From Magallana gigas (lineage: Eukaryota): DNA of 64,000 bases. The position numbers and the translations under genes were made by a program. Positions 1 through 12,909 of this stretch are shown one piece after another. The first letter of the stretch is position 1, and each line of letters opens with the position of its first letter. The notes beneath the pieces are model-generated. The model saw only the letters and a list, made by a program, of their open reading frames with translations. It made no database searches and was not told the origin of the DNA. The stretch covers positions 31,868,001 through 31,932,000 of the forward strand of contig NC_088859.1 in the NCBI RefSeq assembly GCF_963853765.1. The letters are read 5' to 3'.

Positions 1-923
1 ACTTTTCAATTATTTTGCATGGAGGAAAAAAGGTACAAGAGAAATACCAATTGTGCACTTAAAACTTTCCTTCAAAGACTGTCCTTATCTCCAAGTACAT
101 CAATTAAAATCTTTTCAAATTCAAATTCAATTAGTGCATAACAAAATTGAAGGTGTTTCGATCACCATGAAAAAGCTAAAATCACATTTACAAAGAAATG
201 TTGTCTTGTTACAAAGAAATTTTGTCTTGGAATTTTAAAAAGCTAGCTATTAAAGACTTTTGCATGATCTTCAAACGTTTCATTTATTTCTGCTATCAAT
301 ATAGGCATCTATCTTTCAACAGCTCAAATCGAATTCTTCAATTGAAACACATTATATAACAAGGTTAACACATATCTGAAATGTCAATGACTGTATCACT
401 ACAAATGTCTTGGATCAATATTGCTGTCTTTAACTTCACAAAGATATTTCTAAATGCTTTTAGCTGCTGTGAAACAATATGTCAGTCGAGTTCAACAATT
501 GACAGAAATGACAATATTTACAATTTCTTATCGCTGGTTTTCAGGCACAACCCAGAGTAACAGTGATATGCCTGGCCCCCCTTCTGCCAATCTCAAGTCT
601 ACCCTGAGCAACGAACATCAAATTTAACTAATTAATTACCCATAGTCTAAATGTCATCAAAAGCACACAACTTGAATTGTTCTCCTTCAACACCTTCAAT
701 GTTATACCTTGAAAATGTATATGCAGTTGGCTAATACATATCGGTATGCACAACTCTCAGACTCAATGGTTGACCAATAAACCTCTTCATTGTTTATCAA
801 GTCATGTGCGGATCCAGAAATTATTTTTTTTGGGGGGGGGGGGGGGGGAGGGGGGGGGGGGTATCTGAGTTTGCGAGGGGGAGTCCAAGGCATATTTTTG
901 GTAATTTTTTAATGCAATCTTAA

Positions 924-1368
924 GGTGGTATGGGACACTTCCATGTTGTGATGTATTGTTTATCGAAATAAACAACAAAGACCAATTGTAATTATATACT
1001 GGTAAGTAGTTTCTTTCCCAATATTGTCACCTTACAGTGTAGCGCAGTGGGTTGGAGGGTTTACTCACGGGCCCTGGAAGTTATTGTAAATATATTGCAT
1101 GTGCATGTATAAAGAAGTACTTTTTTATACATGCACATGCAATATATTTACAATAACTTCCAGGGCCCGTGGGTTTACTACGGATCTGTAAGTCATGAGT
1201 TTGAATCCTGCTGGGGGTTGAAAAATGTTTACCTCTCCAAATATTTTTTAAAGTTATTTTTTGGTTAAATATTGTAAAATTTAAATTTGAAAATTCTAAA
1301 ATGGTGAAAGTAATTCAATTATAATGTACTTTAATCCAGATTAATATTGATAGATGTCCCATACCACC
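924..1368. mobile_element. TTAA-flanked MITE (Kolobok-like, GG termini)
   Basis: TIR GGTGGTATGGGACA (924) / TGTCCCATACCACC (to 1368); TTAA at 920-923 and 1369-1372. RR termini plus a TTAA TSD fit Kolobok better than piggyBac (CCY termini). Confidence 0.75.
1066..1171. mobile_element. 106-bp fold-back (palindromic) MITE with 8-bp TSD, hAT-like
   Basis: Loopless palindrome CACGGGCCCTGG...AGTACT...CCAGGGCCCGTG with one mismatch; GGTTTACT duplicated at 1058-1065 and 1172-1179. Confidence 0.8.
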
Positions 1369-4300
1369 TTAAGAAATTTGAATTTTGCTCCCCTCTAGAT
1401 CTGCATATGCAAGTACATTAATATGTCGGCTTTGCTGTTCCTGTTCATATCTATTGGAATAATTAGAAACATACATACTACATCTGTGACACAAGTCTAG
1501 CTAGTACACGAAACCAGTTAATTAGCCAGTAACCTGCAATTTGAGTGGAACCACTCATCAAGTCCGTGTTTTCATGTCCGCTGTTAACCTCATACGCAGT
1601 TATTCCCCCTTACGTTTACGTCACGAAGTGAAACATGGCGGGAAAAATTTCACTGGTACCAGACTGCTTTATCAGTTTATGTGTTGGTTCTGAAATCTCC
1701 CAAAACTAATAACTTTTTGTTTATATAACAAGACACAGTTGTATATCGACGTAAATTAGTTGCATAAATGGTATTTGTCACATCTAAAGTGGCGATTATT
1801 TGATATCAAGTATGTGTGGGGTTTTTTCTTGTCTATTCGGATTTTCCGTTACCCATAAAAAGATTGGATCAAAAACCGTTGGCTAAAGAACATGCTTCTA
1901 TTTTTAAGTCGATCAAATATCTCCTGCATGTCAATACACTCATTTTTGTTGTTGTTGAAATAGTCATCTTGCATATCGACAAAATAAGTTGCATATATTA
2001 TGTATAAACTTATAAGGGACAGAATAAATGCCCTCATATATTTAATATTACGACGCTCGGTCATAGCAAAAAGTCTGCAGAACCAATAAAAAAATCATAT
2101 GACTGCTGCAAAACATTACCGATTTCAGTTTAAAATACCAATTACTAGTATATCCACCCACCCAAAAAATCTAAATCAGCTATTAAAAAAGTATGTACCC
2201 AACATAATCAACATAATCAAATATAAAAAGTTATTACCAAAGTATCAGGAAACTTTATTTATCATTAGAAATTAGAAAAAGGTTCAAAACTTCAGGTGCC
2301 TGTGATTCTCAACAGATGGAAATTTTCAAAGTCCATGGGCCATAACTCTGCTGAAAATTAGCAAACATGAATTCATAAAAAAATTTCATATTCACCTCAT
2401 GCGTTCCAATTGTTGAAAATGTTTGGGTCTATCCTTTTTCTTTAAATAAGACGATGTAGAGAAATTGTAATTTAAGTCGAAGTAGTAAAATTGTAATCAC
2501 TTCATATAGGTATCCATATTCCATTAATTGGTCTAATTTTTACTAAAAGATTTTAGTATAAACAAAAAATTCTCTTGGGTACCCCCCCCCCCCTTCGAAA
2601 AACTAGAAGAGGTCCAATAAACTAACCTTAATGAAAAAATATTTGCATTAATTCCCCATCATAAATAAACGTTATAAACTTTTAAATTCAATTTATTCAT
2701 TAAACCATAAACTAAAAATTAACATACAATTTGATTAAACTAAATCGTTTCATGTAACATAAATTAACATAAAATCGGTAACGCTTAATCAGCTACATAA
2801 TTAATCTAACGGTTTACATCACTCCTAACAAGAACAACTATGCATGTAGATTACATATTGAACATGATTATTATATATATAAAAATTCTTACCTAAATGT
2901 ATGTAAACTATATCCATGAAAACTTTTTCTGATTCTGTACTGCAAACGAAAGGCGCCGCAATATCAGAAATGATAATTTACTCTCACACAGGCCATGCAC
3001 TTTTAGAATTCATCACTATAACTTTTGAATAATGCCAATATTTTAGCGGGTACACAACTGGAGCTAATTCCTTTTAAAACCATTAGCATACAAAATAATG
3101 AAATGGTTTGTTTAACGTGTAAATTTTTTGATGTGGTGCTTTAATGGAATTGTGTTGATAGAGTATAGGCAAGATAATTTATCAGAAATCCATGGCGACA
3201 TCCATTCAAAAGAACGTGTGGATAATCTGATCTGTGTGTAATCTTTATCAATACACTAGAACTTATTCAGAGGAAATGTTTACCAACAATGGTCACTGTA
3301 CACTTATTTTAAGTGTTCTGACTGATAAATTCTTTAGAATGCGTGTCCTTATCAAGTTGCAACATTGCTTCGCTATCTCGTAGATATCGCGATTGGTCGA
3401 ATTGAATTGCTGTTAACAACGATATATTCGAAAAACCACGTCGACAATAGTTTACAAATAAATTCATTTTTTTTATTGTCACTTGAGTATTGTAACACGG
3501 ATCTGAAAGTCGTTACGGCATTTCATAATATAACATGCGGTAATTCATATTCTCAAGGGCACTTGCTTTACAGACGAAACTGTTTCAGAAATCTGCACAA
3601 TGATAATTAGATTAAAGTACATTTTATTAAAAAATCAAATATGTTTTATATTACACAAGAATTTGTGCTAACAGCGGTATCAGAAAATTAGACGACACAA
3701 CACGCATTACTAGTATCCAACAGTCTCAAACAGATAACATAGATTATTTTGAAATCGTCAAAATTCTGCTTTTTTCAAAACATTTATAAAAAGTTTGATA
3801 ATTCTTTTGATGATACTTTTCACATCTTTCCTAACATTTGTTTCAATATTTTTAAAAATTACCACAGGTGCTTGAGGGCAGCGTATCGCAATGGGTTATT
3901 GTGTTAACTTCGAATCTGTAAGTCACGAGTTCGATTCCCGATGGGGCTTTTATAATTTTTACCTGTCCAAAAACCCTTAAAACATATCTTTTGGTCAAAT
4001 ATTGTTAAATTTGAAAATTTTAAAACAATGAGAGTATTTTGATTATAATGTAATTTAAATCCACATTAATATCAACAGGTGTACAATTCCACCTTATAAT
4101 TTACATCATTTTACATGTATTATTGAGAAATTAAAAGGTATAGATAAAATGCAAATTTAAAGTTTCTTACATTTCTATAATTCTATCCAGTCAATAAAAT
4201 ATTCCCAAATTCATTTAATCATTATTATTTAAAATAACGACAAAAAATGATCAAAATGTCTACTTAGAAGATTTCAAGACACACAGGTCTTGCATAATCA

Positions 4301-4605
4301 GACCCCCCCCCCCCCCCCCCTCCCCCCTTTAAGAAATCTTTGGGCTCACCTCGCTCCTGGTAGTGAGAACAATTTTAGCCAATTTTAATTTGCAAAATTC
4401 TGCATATACCATTTTAAGGATTGATAGTTTTGAATTTAGTAAGTCCGATCAAAAAACTAATGCTACTTAATAAAACGGAAGGAATGTTTTATCGTACGAC
4501 TTACTGCATCACACGACGATCACTGTCAATTACATGTTTGAAAATGGCCGGCATGTTTGAATAAATTTCTTTTATTTCATAGGGAAAACGTTTAGATAAA
4601 ACAAG

Positions 4606-7600
4606 ATGGTAAAATTGACAGCTGAATTAATAGAACAGTCGGCCCAGTATACAAACCCAGTTCGTGATAGGGAGCTGGATTTAAGAGGTAAAGTTGTCAA
4701 ATTTATTCACTAAATGAAAACTAAAATTTTCAGTTCGCGCGTCCTCTGTCTTCATTAACTCCAATCACAGGTCTCTGATATGTCTATCAGTCATCCGTTA
4801 AATGTAATGGAAGAGATATATGTATACCCTATCTATACATAATTATTTATATATAGATAGGGTATATCTATTTCCCTTCACATAAATTTAACGGCTTATT
4901 CGGATAGAAATTCAGAGGCTTGTGCCAAAATATCATATCTTCAAAGTTTGTGGCTAATGGATGAGTTCAGGTAAAGATGTATTTTAAAACTGATTGATTT
5001 ACGGACATTCTCAAAGAGAAGGGTGACATTTGCATGTAGAGGGATGTTACTTGGCCAGGTCTACAATATTTAATTTTGTCTACAGGACTCGGCAATTTTA
5101 TCATTGTTCAAGATAAATAAGAAACAGACAAAATCCTACCAGAGAATCCACAGGATGGCAGAGTTTTATCGCGTTTCTCTAATTTGTTATCCTACCAACA
5201 CTGAACACCACAAATTAACTCCTCATGATCAGTTAACCGTGTTATTTAATAAATTACTGATATTTATTTTCCTACATTGTAAAAAATTCCCGTTTAAAGT
5301 CATTTTAATTGTATTTCTGCTTATCTCAATCTTAAACAGTTTCAATAAAAAAATATGTACAAAAATAAATTAATCCAAAAAATTTTATCAGTAAGTTTTG
5401 TTAATTTTTTATTATAGAAAAAACAAAACCCAATATCTTAAAGTTAGTCATTTTTAAACTCTAGGGGATTCAAAATCAGTTCGCTATATCCATGTATTTG
5501 TTCTTACAACTTTATTTAACTGCAAAATTTGACAACTATTTTCTACGAAAAAATTTGCTATATTCGAGAACTTATTATTTCAATGTTTGCACTAAATGAG
5601 GATTACTGGAATTTTGAAAAAATTGTGTGAGTTTTTGTGAGAACCTTTAAATGGGAAAAATGTTAGATTTCAGCACTGATATGAATCTCCATTAAAAAAA
5701 ACAACTGTTTTTGTTCATTATATCAATTTCTCCAGGAAATTGTCCAAAAATAATGGAAATGGTTGTTTTGATCAGAATAATCACTATAGAATGTATTTAT
5801 ATTATGGAATGCATGTATCATATTCTATGATCAATTAACCATGCTATCTCATTTATTTTGATGCCATTCAATTTTGCTATATTTTTCACAAATTATTTAA
5901 ATTTAATTTGCAGGTTACAAAATTCCAGTGATTGAGAATATGGGTGCAACTCTGGTATTTATGTTTACTATATTGATACAAAATAATTATAATTTTTTAA
6001 CTGAAATCTTATTGGAAATAAAGTATGGAATCTTATTGGAAATAGTTTCAAATGGAAATCATTTGGGTATTAACAAAGTTAACTATGTTTTAATCCTTAG
6101 ATCTAATTTTAATTACAGGACCAGTTTGACACTATTGATCTATCAGACAACGACATAAGGAAATTCGATGGATTCCCTATTCTTCTCCGACTAAAAACTG
6201 TTTTACTCAATAACAACAGAGTTGTGTAAGTATTGAATTATGAGTTTATTGAGTTCACCATTCGGGGTGGTTTTGGTCTGTTCAAGAGTTGGTTGTATAA
6301 AACTGCTTGAAGTGTCAATGGTTAAATTCCAATGTTGGATATAAAAATTGGACCTACAAGCTTTAGACCTTCTTGTCAGCTAGAGGGTGTGCACACTCGC
6401 AACAAGGATCTCTCACTGTTCCATGGCTGTGGGCTGAACAATATTCTCATGTTATCTTTTTGAGGTCCTTCATCAGGAATTATTTATATCTTGTTATGTC
6501 TCAGTACAGTTACGCATGCCTTATTGAAAGATCAAATTTACAAAAACAAAGAAAATACAATGCAGTTACAATTCAGTAATGGCAGTAGAGAGACTTGTGG
6601 TAATGGACCAACTTTTAACAACACATTTTATGTCCAAATGTTATACCGTACTCTTTCATCTTTGAACTCTCTCTGGCTTGCAGAAGAATTGGTGAGGACT
6701 TGCATGAATGTCTTCCCAACTTAGAATCATTGGTTCTATCCAACAACAGCATGACAGAGTTAGGGGACTTGGATCCACTCTCCAATTTGAAATCATTACA
6801 ACACCTCAGGTACGAGTTTTTATTCTCTGACTGATTAAGATTTCGAAAAATTTGAATTATACAATTTTGTTAGATACTTCTCAAAATTGATCAAGCAACA
6901 TGTCTATATATATGTGATTTGAATGAAAAAAAAAATTGTTTCTTTTGATTGCAGTTTACTCCGAAATCCTGTCCAGTCAAAGAAACATTACAGATTATAC
7001 ATTGTTCATAAGATTCCTCAACTGAGAGTGTTGGACTTTCAAAGAATCAGGCAGAAGGTGAAGTGACGTTAACCTTTCCCTAAATGGATAATTATTTAAA
7101 AGATGAAAGAACTGTGTGCGGTATCATCCATTTTTTGACCCTAAAATTAAAGTTTTATAAAGAGCCTTAATAATAAAGTCGAAGATAGTTAAAATCATTT
7201 TGAAAATAAGGGTGTAAAAGGTTACCACCACATTGACGTCATAATGTAGAAATGATGTCATGAAGATTGCCTTTTTTTAGTAAATCAATGTCTTGTAGCA
7301 AAATATGGGTGTTTTCTGATGTTTTTTTGACTGGGAAACATCGAGCGCAGGCTTGCTCAAGTACCATTTTTAACCAGGTTTTCCAACGGAAAAATCCAGT
7401 TATTAAAATGGTGAAAATGGCAGGCGGGCGGCTGCCAAAAGGGTACCCTCATTGTACGGATAACTCCCCCTACAGTTCTCAAGATAGGAAGTTATTCTTT
7501 TGCAGATCAATTGTACATATATCAGAGGTGTGCATATTGCTAGGATTTTGATTTCTGATAATTTATGAAAAAAATACCAGCTTTTGAACTTAGTCATTTT

Positions 7601-9553
7601 CTGGCAAAATATTGCATATAGGGTACCCTCATTGTACGGATAATTCCCTCGACAGTTCTCAAGATAGGAAGTTATTCTTGTGCAGATCAATTATACATAT
7701 ATCAGAGGTGCGCATATTACTAGGATTTTGATTTCCGATAATTTATGAAAAAAACACCAGCTTTTGAACTTAGTCATTTTTTGGCAAAATATTGCATATA
7801 GGGTAACCTCATTATACGGATAACTCCTCCTACAGTTTTCAAGATAAGAAGTTGTTCTTTTGCAGATCAATTGTACTTATTTTAGAGGTATTGCTAGGAT
7901 TTTGATTTCCGATAATTTATGAAAAAAACCCAGCTTTTGAACTTAGTCTTTTTGGGGGCAAAATATTGCATATAGGGTACTCCATTTCACTGGATACAGG
8001 TTGACATGGATTATGGATACAGTTTACATAAATGAAAACCCGGTTTGCTGTCACATTGACAGCTTTTCACTTGTGTAGTATAATGTGTATAATTATCTGA
8101 AGAAAAACATATATTAAAATCGTACTTGAGCAAACCTGCGCTCTATACTTCCGAATGAAAAATATAAAACAAAAATGAGAACATTTTTACTTGTTTGGAA
8201 ATTTGTGGGAATTAGGTCATTTAGGTGACGTCATAGATAAACAGCGTATGAGTAATGATGACTAAAATCAAGATTAAAGTGATAGGTGTCGTCTGAACTA
8301 TGATATATGAAGATTTGATTTTTATATGATACTTTTTAAAAATTGGTTAAAATTGGAGGCAGATATTTGACCATACCACACATAGTCCTTTGCATGTACT
8401 GGTAAAATACAAAGACATATTTAAAAAGACATAATATATAAATCTTATTCTATAGGAAAGAGAGGCAGCTGCTAAAATGTTTAAAGGCAAAAAAGGACAA
8501 GCTCTTGCCTCAGATATTGGTAAACGCAGTAAAACATTTGTACCTGGAGAGAAGATTCCTGAGAAGAAAACCGGGCCATCTAAGGAAGACATAGAACTCA
8601 TCAAGGTCAGTCAAATATCAATGCATGTCTTATTTGTATCCATGTCTAAAAAAATAGTTACCGGTGATAGTATTGGATAGACCATTTGCAGTCATATAAC
8701 AAAAACTTGATTTGATAGAGGAAGAATAAGAGGTGGAGCAGTAAAATTACATCTAGAAACAGTTGTCTAGACTTCCAAATCTTTTACTCAGTTTTGATTT
8801 TTTTTTTGGCATATGTTGATAGACATTTTTGCACAAATTCAAATTTATTACACATTCTGTGGTTTTGCTGTTGGAGTAATATATCCCACTGTTATTCTAT
8901 AATTTTGTCCATTTTAAATTGAGTATCTGTTGATTTTTCTTTACTAATTCAATTTTAATTCTCTAGTTCATATATAACTCTGGTAGATTTGGCAGCATTG
9001 TCAAAATAGGATAGTTTGTGTTTTTATCTGAGTACCAGCACATGCTCTGTGTGAAACACATTTAAGACAAAAAGCTATTTATCAAATGAATTCCAAATAT
9101 TTATATAACAACTTGTTTTGTTTCATTTATACTAGCCATTAACCATTTATTGATGTTTGGTTGTAGATGGCAATTGCCAAAGCTAAAACTCTGAATGAAG
9201 TGGAGAGATTAAACCAAATGCTTAAAACAGGAGTCATCCCAGGCAAGGAGTTGAAAAAACTCAGGGGTAAGTGCAATGAGTCAAAAGTGATCACAAAAGA
9301 TTTGGGATTTGAAAAGGAGTAAACTTACTGTGTGGCTTTTAAATATAACTACAGAATCCAGGAAATATTAATTGTACATGTATTATCATGCATGTTTCTT
9401 TGCAGTTGGTATTCAAATTTTAGTAATGATTAAAGTATTTCGGATTATTTTCCACTAATGTCAGAGATGATTGTACAGTGTCTTGTATTGATTATAGGGG
9501 AGAGGGTAGAGGAAGAGGAGGATGAGGATATGGAGGTGGTCAATGGAACCTGA
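4606..9553 (+). CDS. SNRPA1: U2 small nuclear ribonucleoprotein A' (LRR protein), 8 coding exons
   Basis: Exons 4606-4687, 5914-5954, 6119-6225, 6684-6809, 6955-7057, 8456-8605, 9167-9266, 9498-9553; all GT-AG and phase-compatible. Translation MVKLTAELIEQSAQYTNPVRDRELDLRGYKIPVIENMGATLDQFDTIDLSDNDIRKFDGFP...LLRNPVQSKKHYRLYIVHKIPQLRVLDFQRIRQKER matches the U2A' family. Confidence 0.97.
4767..4924. repeat. Imperfect fold-back element in SNRPA1 intron 1
   Basis: Inverted arms around a central ATACCCTATCTATA / TATAGATAGGGTAT pair; outer arms CCGTTAAAT / ATTTAACGG. Approximate boundaries. Confidence 0.5.
7365..8075 (+). mobile_element. HINE/Helentron-like non-autonomous element with three ~180-bp internal tandem units (SNRPA1 intron 5)
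   Basis: Units start at 7441, 7621 and 7801 (GGGTACCCTCATTGTACGGATAA...). Unique left box (TTTTAACCAGGTTTTCC...GGCGGGCGGCTG) and right box (...GTCACATTGACAGC) recur at 38925-39530. Confidence 0.65.
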
Positions 9554-12500
9554 GAGAGAGGACACCGGCTGGTCTCAGCTACCCACACTAACCCACATAT
9601 TTGTACGTATATGGCTTTAATTTTATGCAAAATGGGACAGGGAGGGATCACAATGTTGCAACATGTCAGTGCTCGTTTTACAGATATTGTAGAAACTTTA
9701 AAATCAAACATTTATAAGAGAACATGTAAGTGCAAAGTTTCATACTATCATAGAATTTTTAGTATTTTTATTACATTTACTAATACATGCAACAAACAAT
9801 TGACAACAATTTTACTGAAATTTAATTCAGAATTCCACTGTAAGTTTCAACTTTGGATACTGTATACCAAAATACTAACTGATCCTACTTTACTCTCAAT
9901 TTCAGAAGAACATGGTGTTGGAAAGCAGAGGTGTTTTGCATCTCTTGACAACATTCATTGTTTTTGTCCATCAGTCCCTTATCTTGCCATGTAATATGTG
10001 GCATTGTGTTCTTAAATTGTTAGGTCATCCCCAGATCAAACTTTTCAACCACAGGGGCTGGGAAAAGGGGCATACAATACAGCATGAATTTTCAAAAATA
10101 TCAACAACAGAATTGGAGCCTTGTTTTGTTTTCGAAAATTTTAAAAAATTTGGAAATAAAACCAATTTAGATTATGTGACACATAGACCCTACCAATCAG
10201 TCACGTAGCTTTGAAGTGAAAAAAGTGCACCCTACTATGACCATTTATTATTTGTAAATAATTGAAAGTGTTGAAAAATATAGTGAAATACCATTGCAGT
10301 TAATTTAAGCAACTATTTTGGTACCAGTTTGTCCATCTGTGTAGCCTTCAATTAGAAGAAAGGAAGATTTACACCATCACTTCTTCTAGGACTTGAAGGG
10401 TTCTTTGACTTTTAAGGTCAACAGTTGAGACTTTGCGGCATCACAAATACAAAGGTCTTCAAATGATTTCCCTTTTGGGTTACAGCTGAGATATTGATGA
10501 GATTAGAATGGAATTTGTGATAAATATGACTTGTAGCAACTCGAAGCTTTGAGAATATTTCATGCCAGAAGCTTCTAACTTCTAAGGTTGCAGTAATAAT
10601 ACCAATGATATGTTTAGTGGAAACTGCATCATCTAGAGGAACTCCTTCTCAGACTGTATTTGATACACTCCCCTCCCCAACACCAAGCTCCTTCAAAAAT
10701 TCACTTTTCTTGTGTTTGAATATACAGCTTCTTTATTTAATCAATTTTTGTCTCTTCTACTTCCAGGTAAATAGAGAATATCGCCAGGTCGACCCATCAC
10801 TTGATCATAAATCATCTTCTTGTGTATATATCTATGTCTCTTTGCCTTTGTTGGTCAGATTATGAACACTGATAAGAACAGACTACTACTACTATGTCAA
10901 TAGTCCAATAAAGGCAGAGAGAAAGCAGTGCCACGTGTTCTGTTGTTTTTAGTTCAGAGTTGACTACATAATACATGTACTAGTATGCAGAGATGCTACA
11001 TGTATGTTACATGGTTGAATAATTTTAAAGGTTTGGTTTAAAACAATTGAAAATAAGATGCAATCACAATAATTTGTAATAGACATCGAACTGTTTGCAA
11101 CTTTTACTCTATTGAAATTACTGACATAGATTTGACAGATTCATCTGCCTGTTATACTGGCATCTTAATCATAAACCCAATGAAAGCTGATGGATATTTA
11201 AGACGGATGTCATGGAAAGTCAATATCTGTACTTGACATTCATTCAGGAGAAACGTTTAAGACTTGACAATGAATATTTGATAATTTGAAGAAAAAAATT
11301 CACCTCTGTTAGATGGATACGTGTCAGAATGTGTGGGAAAGTTGCGCACTTCAAGTGGATTTTGGTATGAGCACAAAATAGTACGCAGCTATAACATTTA
11401 CATTGACCTAATAAAGAACAGAAATGATTTTCATAGCTTTATAAATACATAAAATAAAATACATTCGAGGAAAACGCGTAATTGTCGCAATATTACGCAA
11501 AGGTTATCTCTATATTGGAGAAAAAAATATGATTTATTTACTAGCTTAATTAATTTTTTTGGAATAAACGTGTAATTATCGCATATGACGCAAAGGTTAC
11601 GCGCATATTTGCGAAAAAAAAATGCGCTGAAGTTGGGCAACGAATTCACGGCAGATATAGATGTAGGTAAGGTAAATCTTCCACTTTTTTTAATGTAGCG
11701 ATGAACTAATGAAAATAAATGATAGTATGTGTTTTAAGAGTATGTGAAAAACAAAAACTTATCCAAAACTTGGAATGTAAGGCTAAAGAATGAAAATCAG
11801 ATCGATGTTTAAGCATACTAGTACTAAAACAGGTCTAAAATACGCATTTTTTTAAAATTAAAATTAACAATGTCCATCCTGATAAACTCGAACCGAACCT
11901 GTTTAGTACAGACAACCACCAAAATTGCATTTAAAGCAAAGTGGGGGGGGGGGGGGGGGGGGGTAACGGTCATGAATCGAAGATAGTGACGGCTGCAAAG
12001 GCTAATTTTGTATTTACTGCCACCCGATTAATGCAACATTTACAAAATGACACTGCCATTATTATAGAAGAGTGACAATGTCTGTTCTACTAAAAATAAT
12101 GCCCGGTATGTGGCTTTATGTGGGACACAATCAGGGATCTATAGACCATGATTTTTTTACAAAAAGAAACATTCATGAAAATTGAAAACTCAAGGGAAAA
12201 TGGTGAGAAAATGGTTACAAGAAAACTTTTAACATGAAAATATTTTTCCATGTATGGAAGTTCTACCATATTGGATGTCTGACGTTATTTTTTGTTTTCC
12301 ACATTTATACTTGCCAAGTGTATCGATTATTCACGAAAATCGCCAAATACGCATGTTAAGAAGTTGTGTGAGTGTGTATAATCCTCAACTATAAATGATC
12401 AAAATTTAGCTACATAGACCCTGACTAGTCTTAGGCCAGTGATCCTTATCCCGAAGATATCAGGCACGTAGCATTGCCTTCCCCCTCCATCGTTTCTTGC

Positions 12501-12909
12501 AGCAACCCCCCCCCCCCCCCCAACACCACACACACACACACACACCCAACACCACACACACACATTTTCGGGAGTATATAATTAAACAATAAAATGCTTT
12601 CTTTTGTGATTCATTCGGGATATGAAGGTAGCGACATTGCAGGAAAAATACATAACCCGCGTCAGCTACCTTCATAACCCGCATGAATCATAAAATAAAG
12701 CATTTTATTGTTTATATTTACATATTTCTTAAACTATTAATAAATTGATTATGAAAAGTTAGTAAAATTCACTAAATTACTGTTAATGTATATAAGTGCG
12801 TTAGTTAAAAGAAACAGCCAATTGTCTCCTCTGAGACTTTGAGTCTGGCATCATTATGATTATATTTCGTGCAGTCCGTGATTTTACTTAGGTCGCTGTA
12901 GCTTCAGAC

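Larger units (their letters stand above)
803..1409. mobile_element. G-tract non-autonomous DNA transposon (MITE) with 5-bp TSD, interrupted by nested insertions
   Basis: Imperfect TIRs CATGTGCGGATCCAGA (803) / TCTAGATCTGCATATG (to 1409); CAAGT duplicated at 798-802 and 1410-1414; internal poly-G tract. Confidence 0.75.

Noticed and set aside
702-893. Poly-Pro or poly-Gly ORFs here and at 12460, 13324, 59418 and 60540
   Set aside because: Translations of the G/C homopolymer tracts of MITEs.
7267-7690. ORFs in the 180-bp tandem repeat, and similarly 38998-39291, 42743-42946 and 44560-44897
   Set aside because: Incidental frames within HINE or satellite sequence with no protein motifs.
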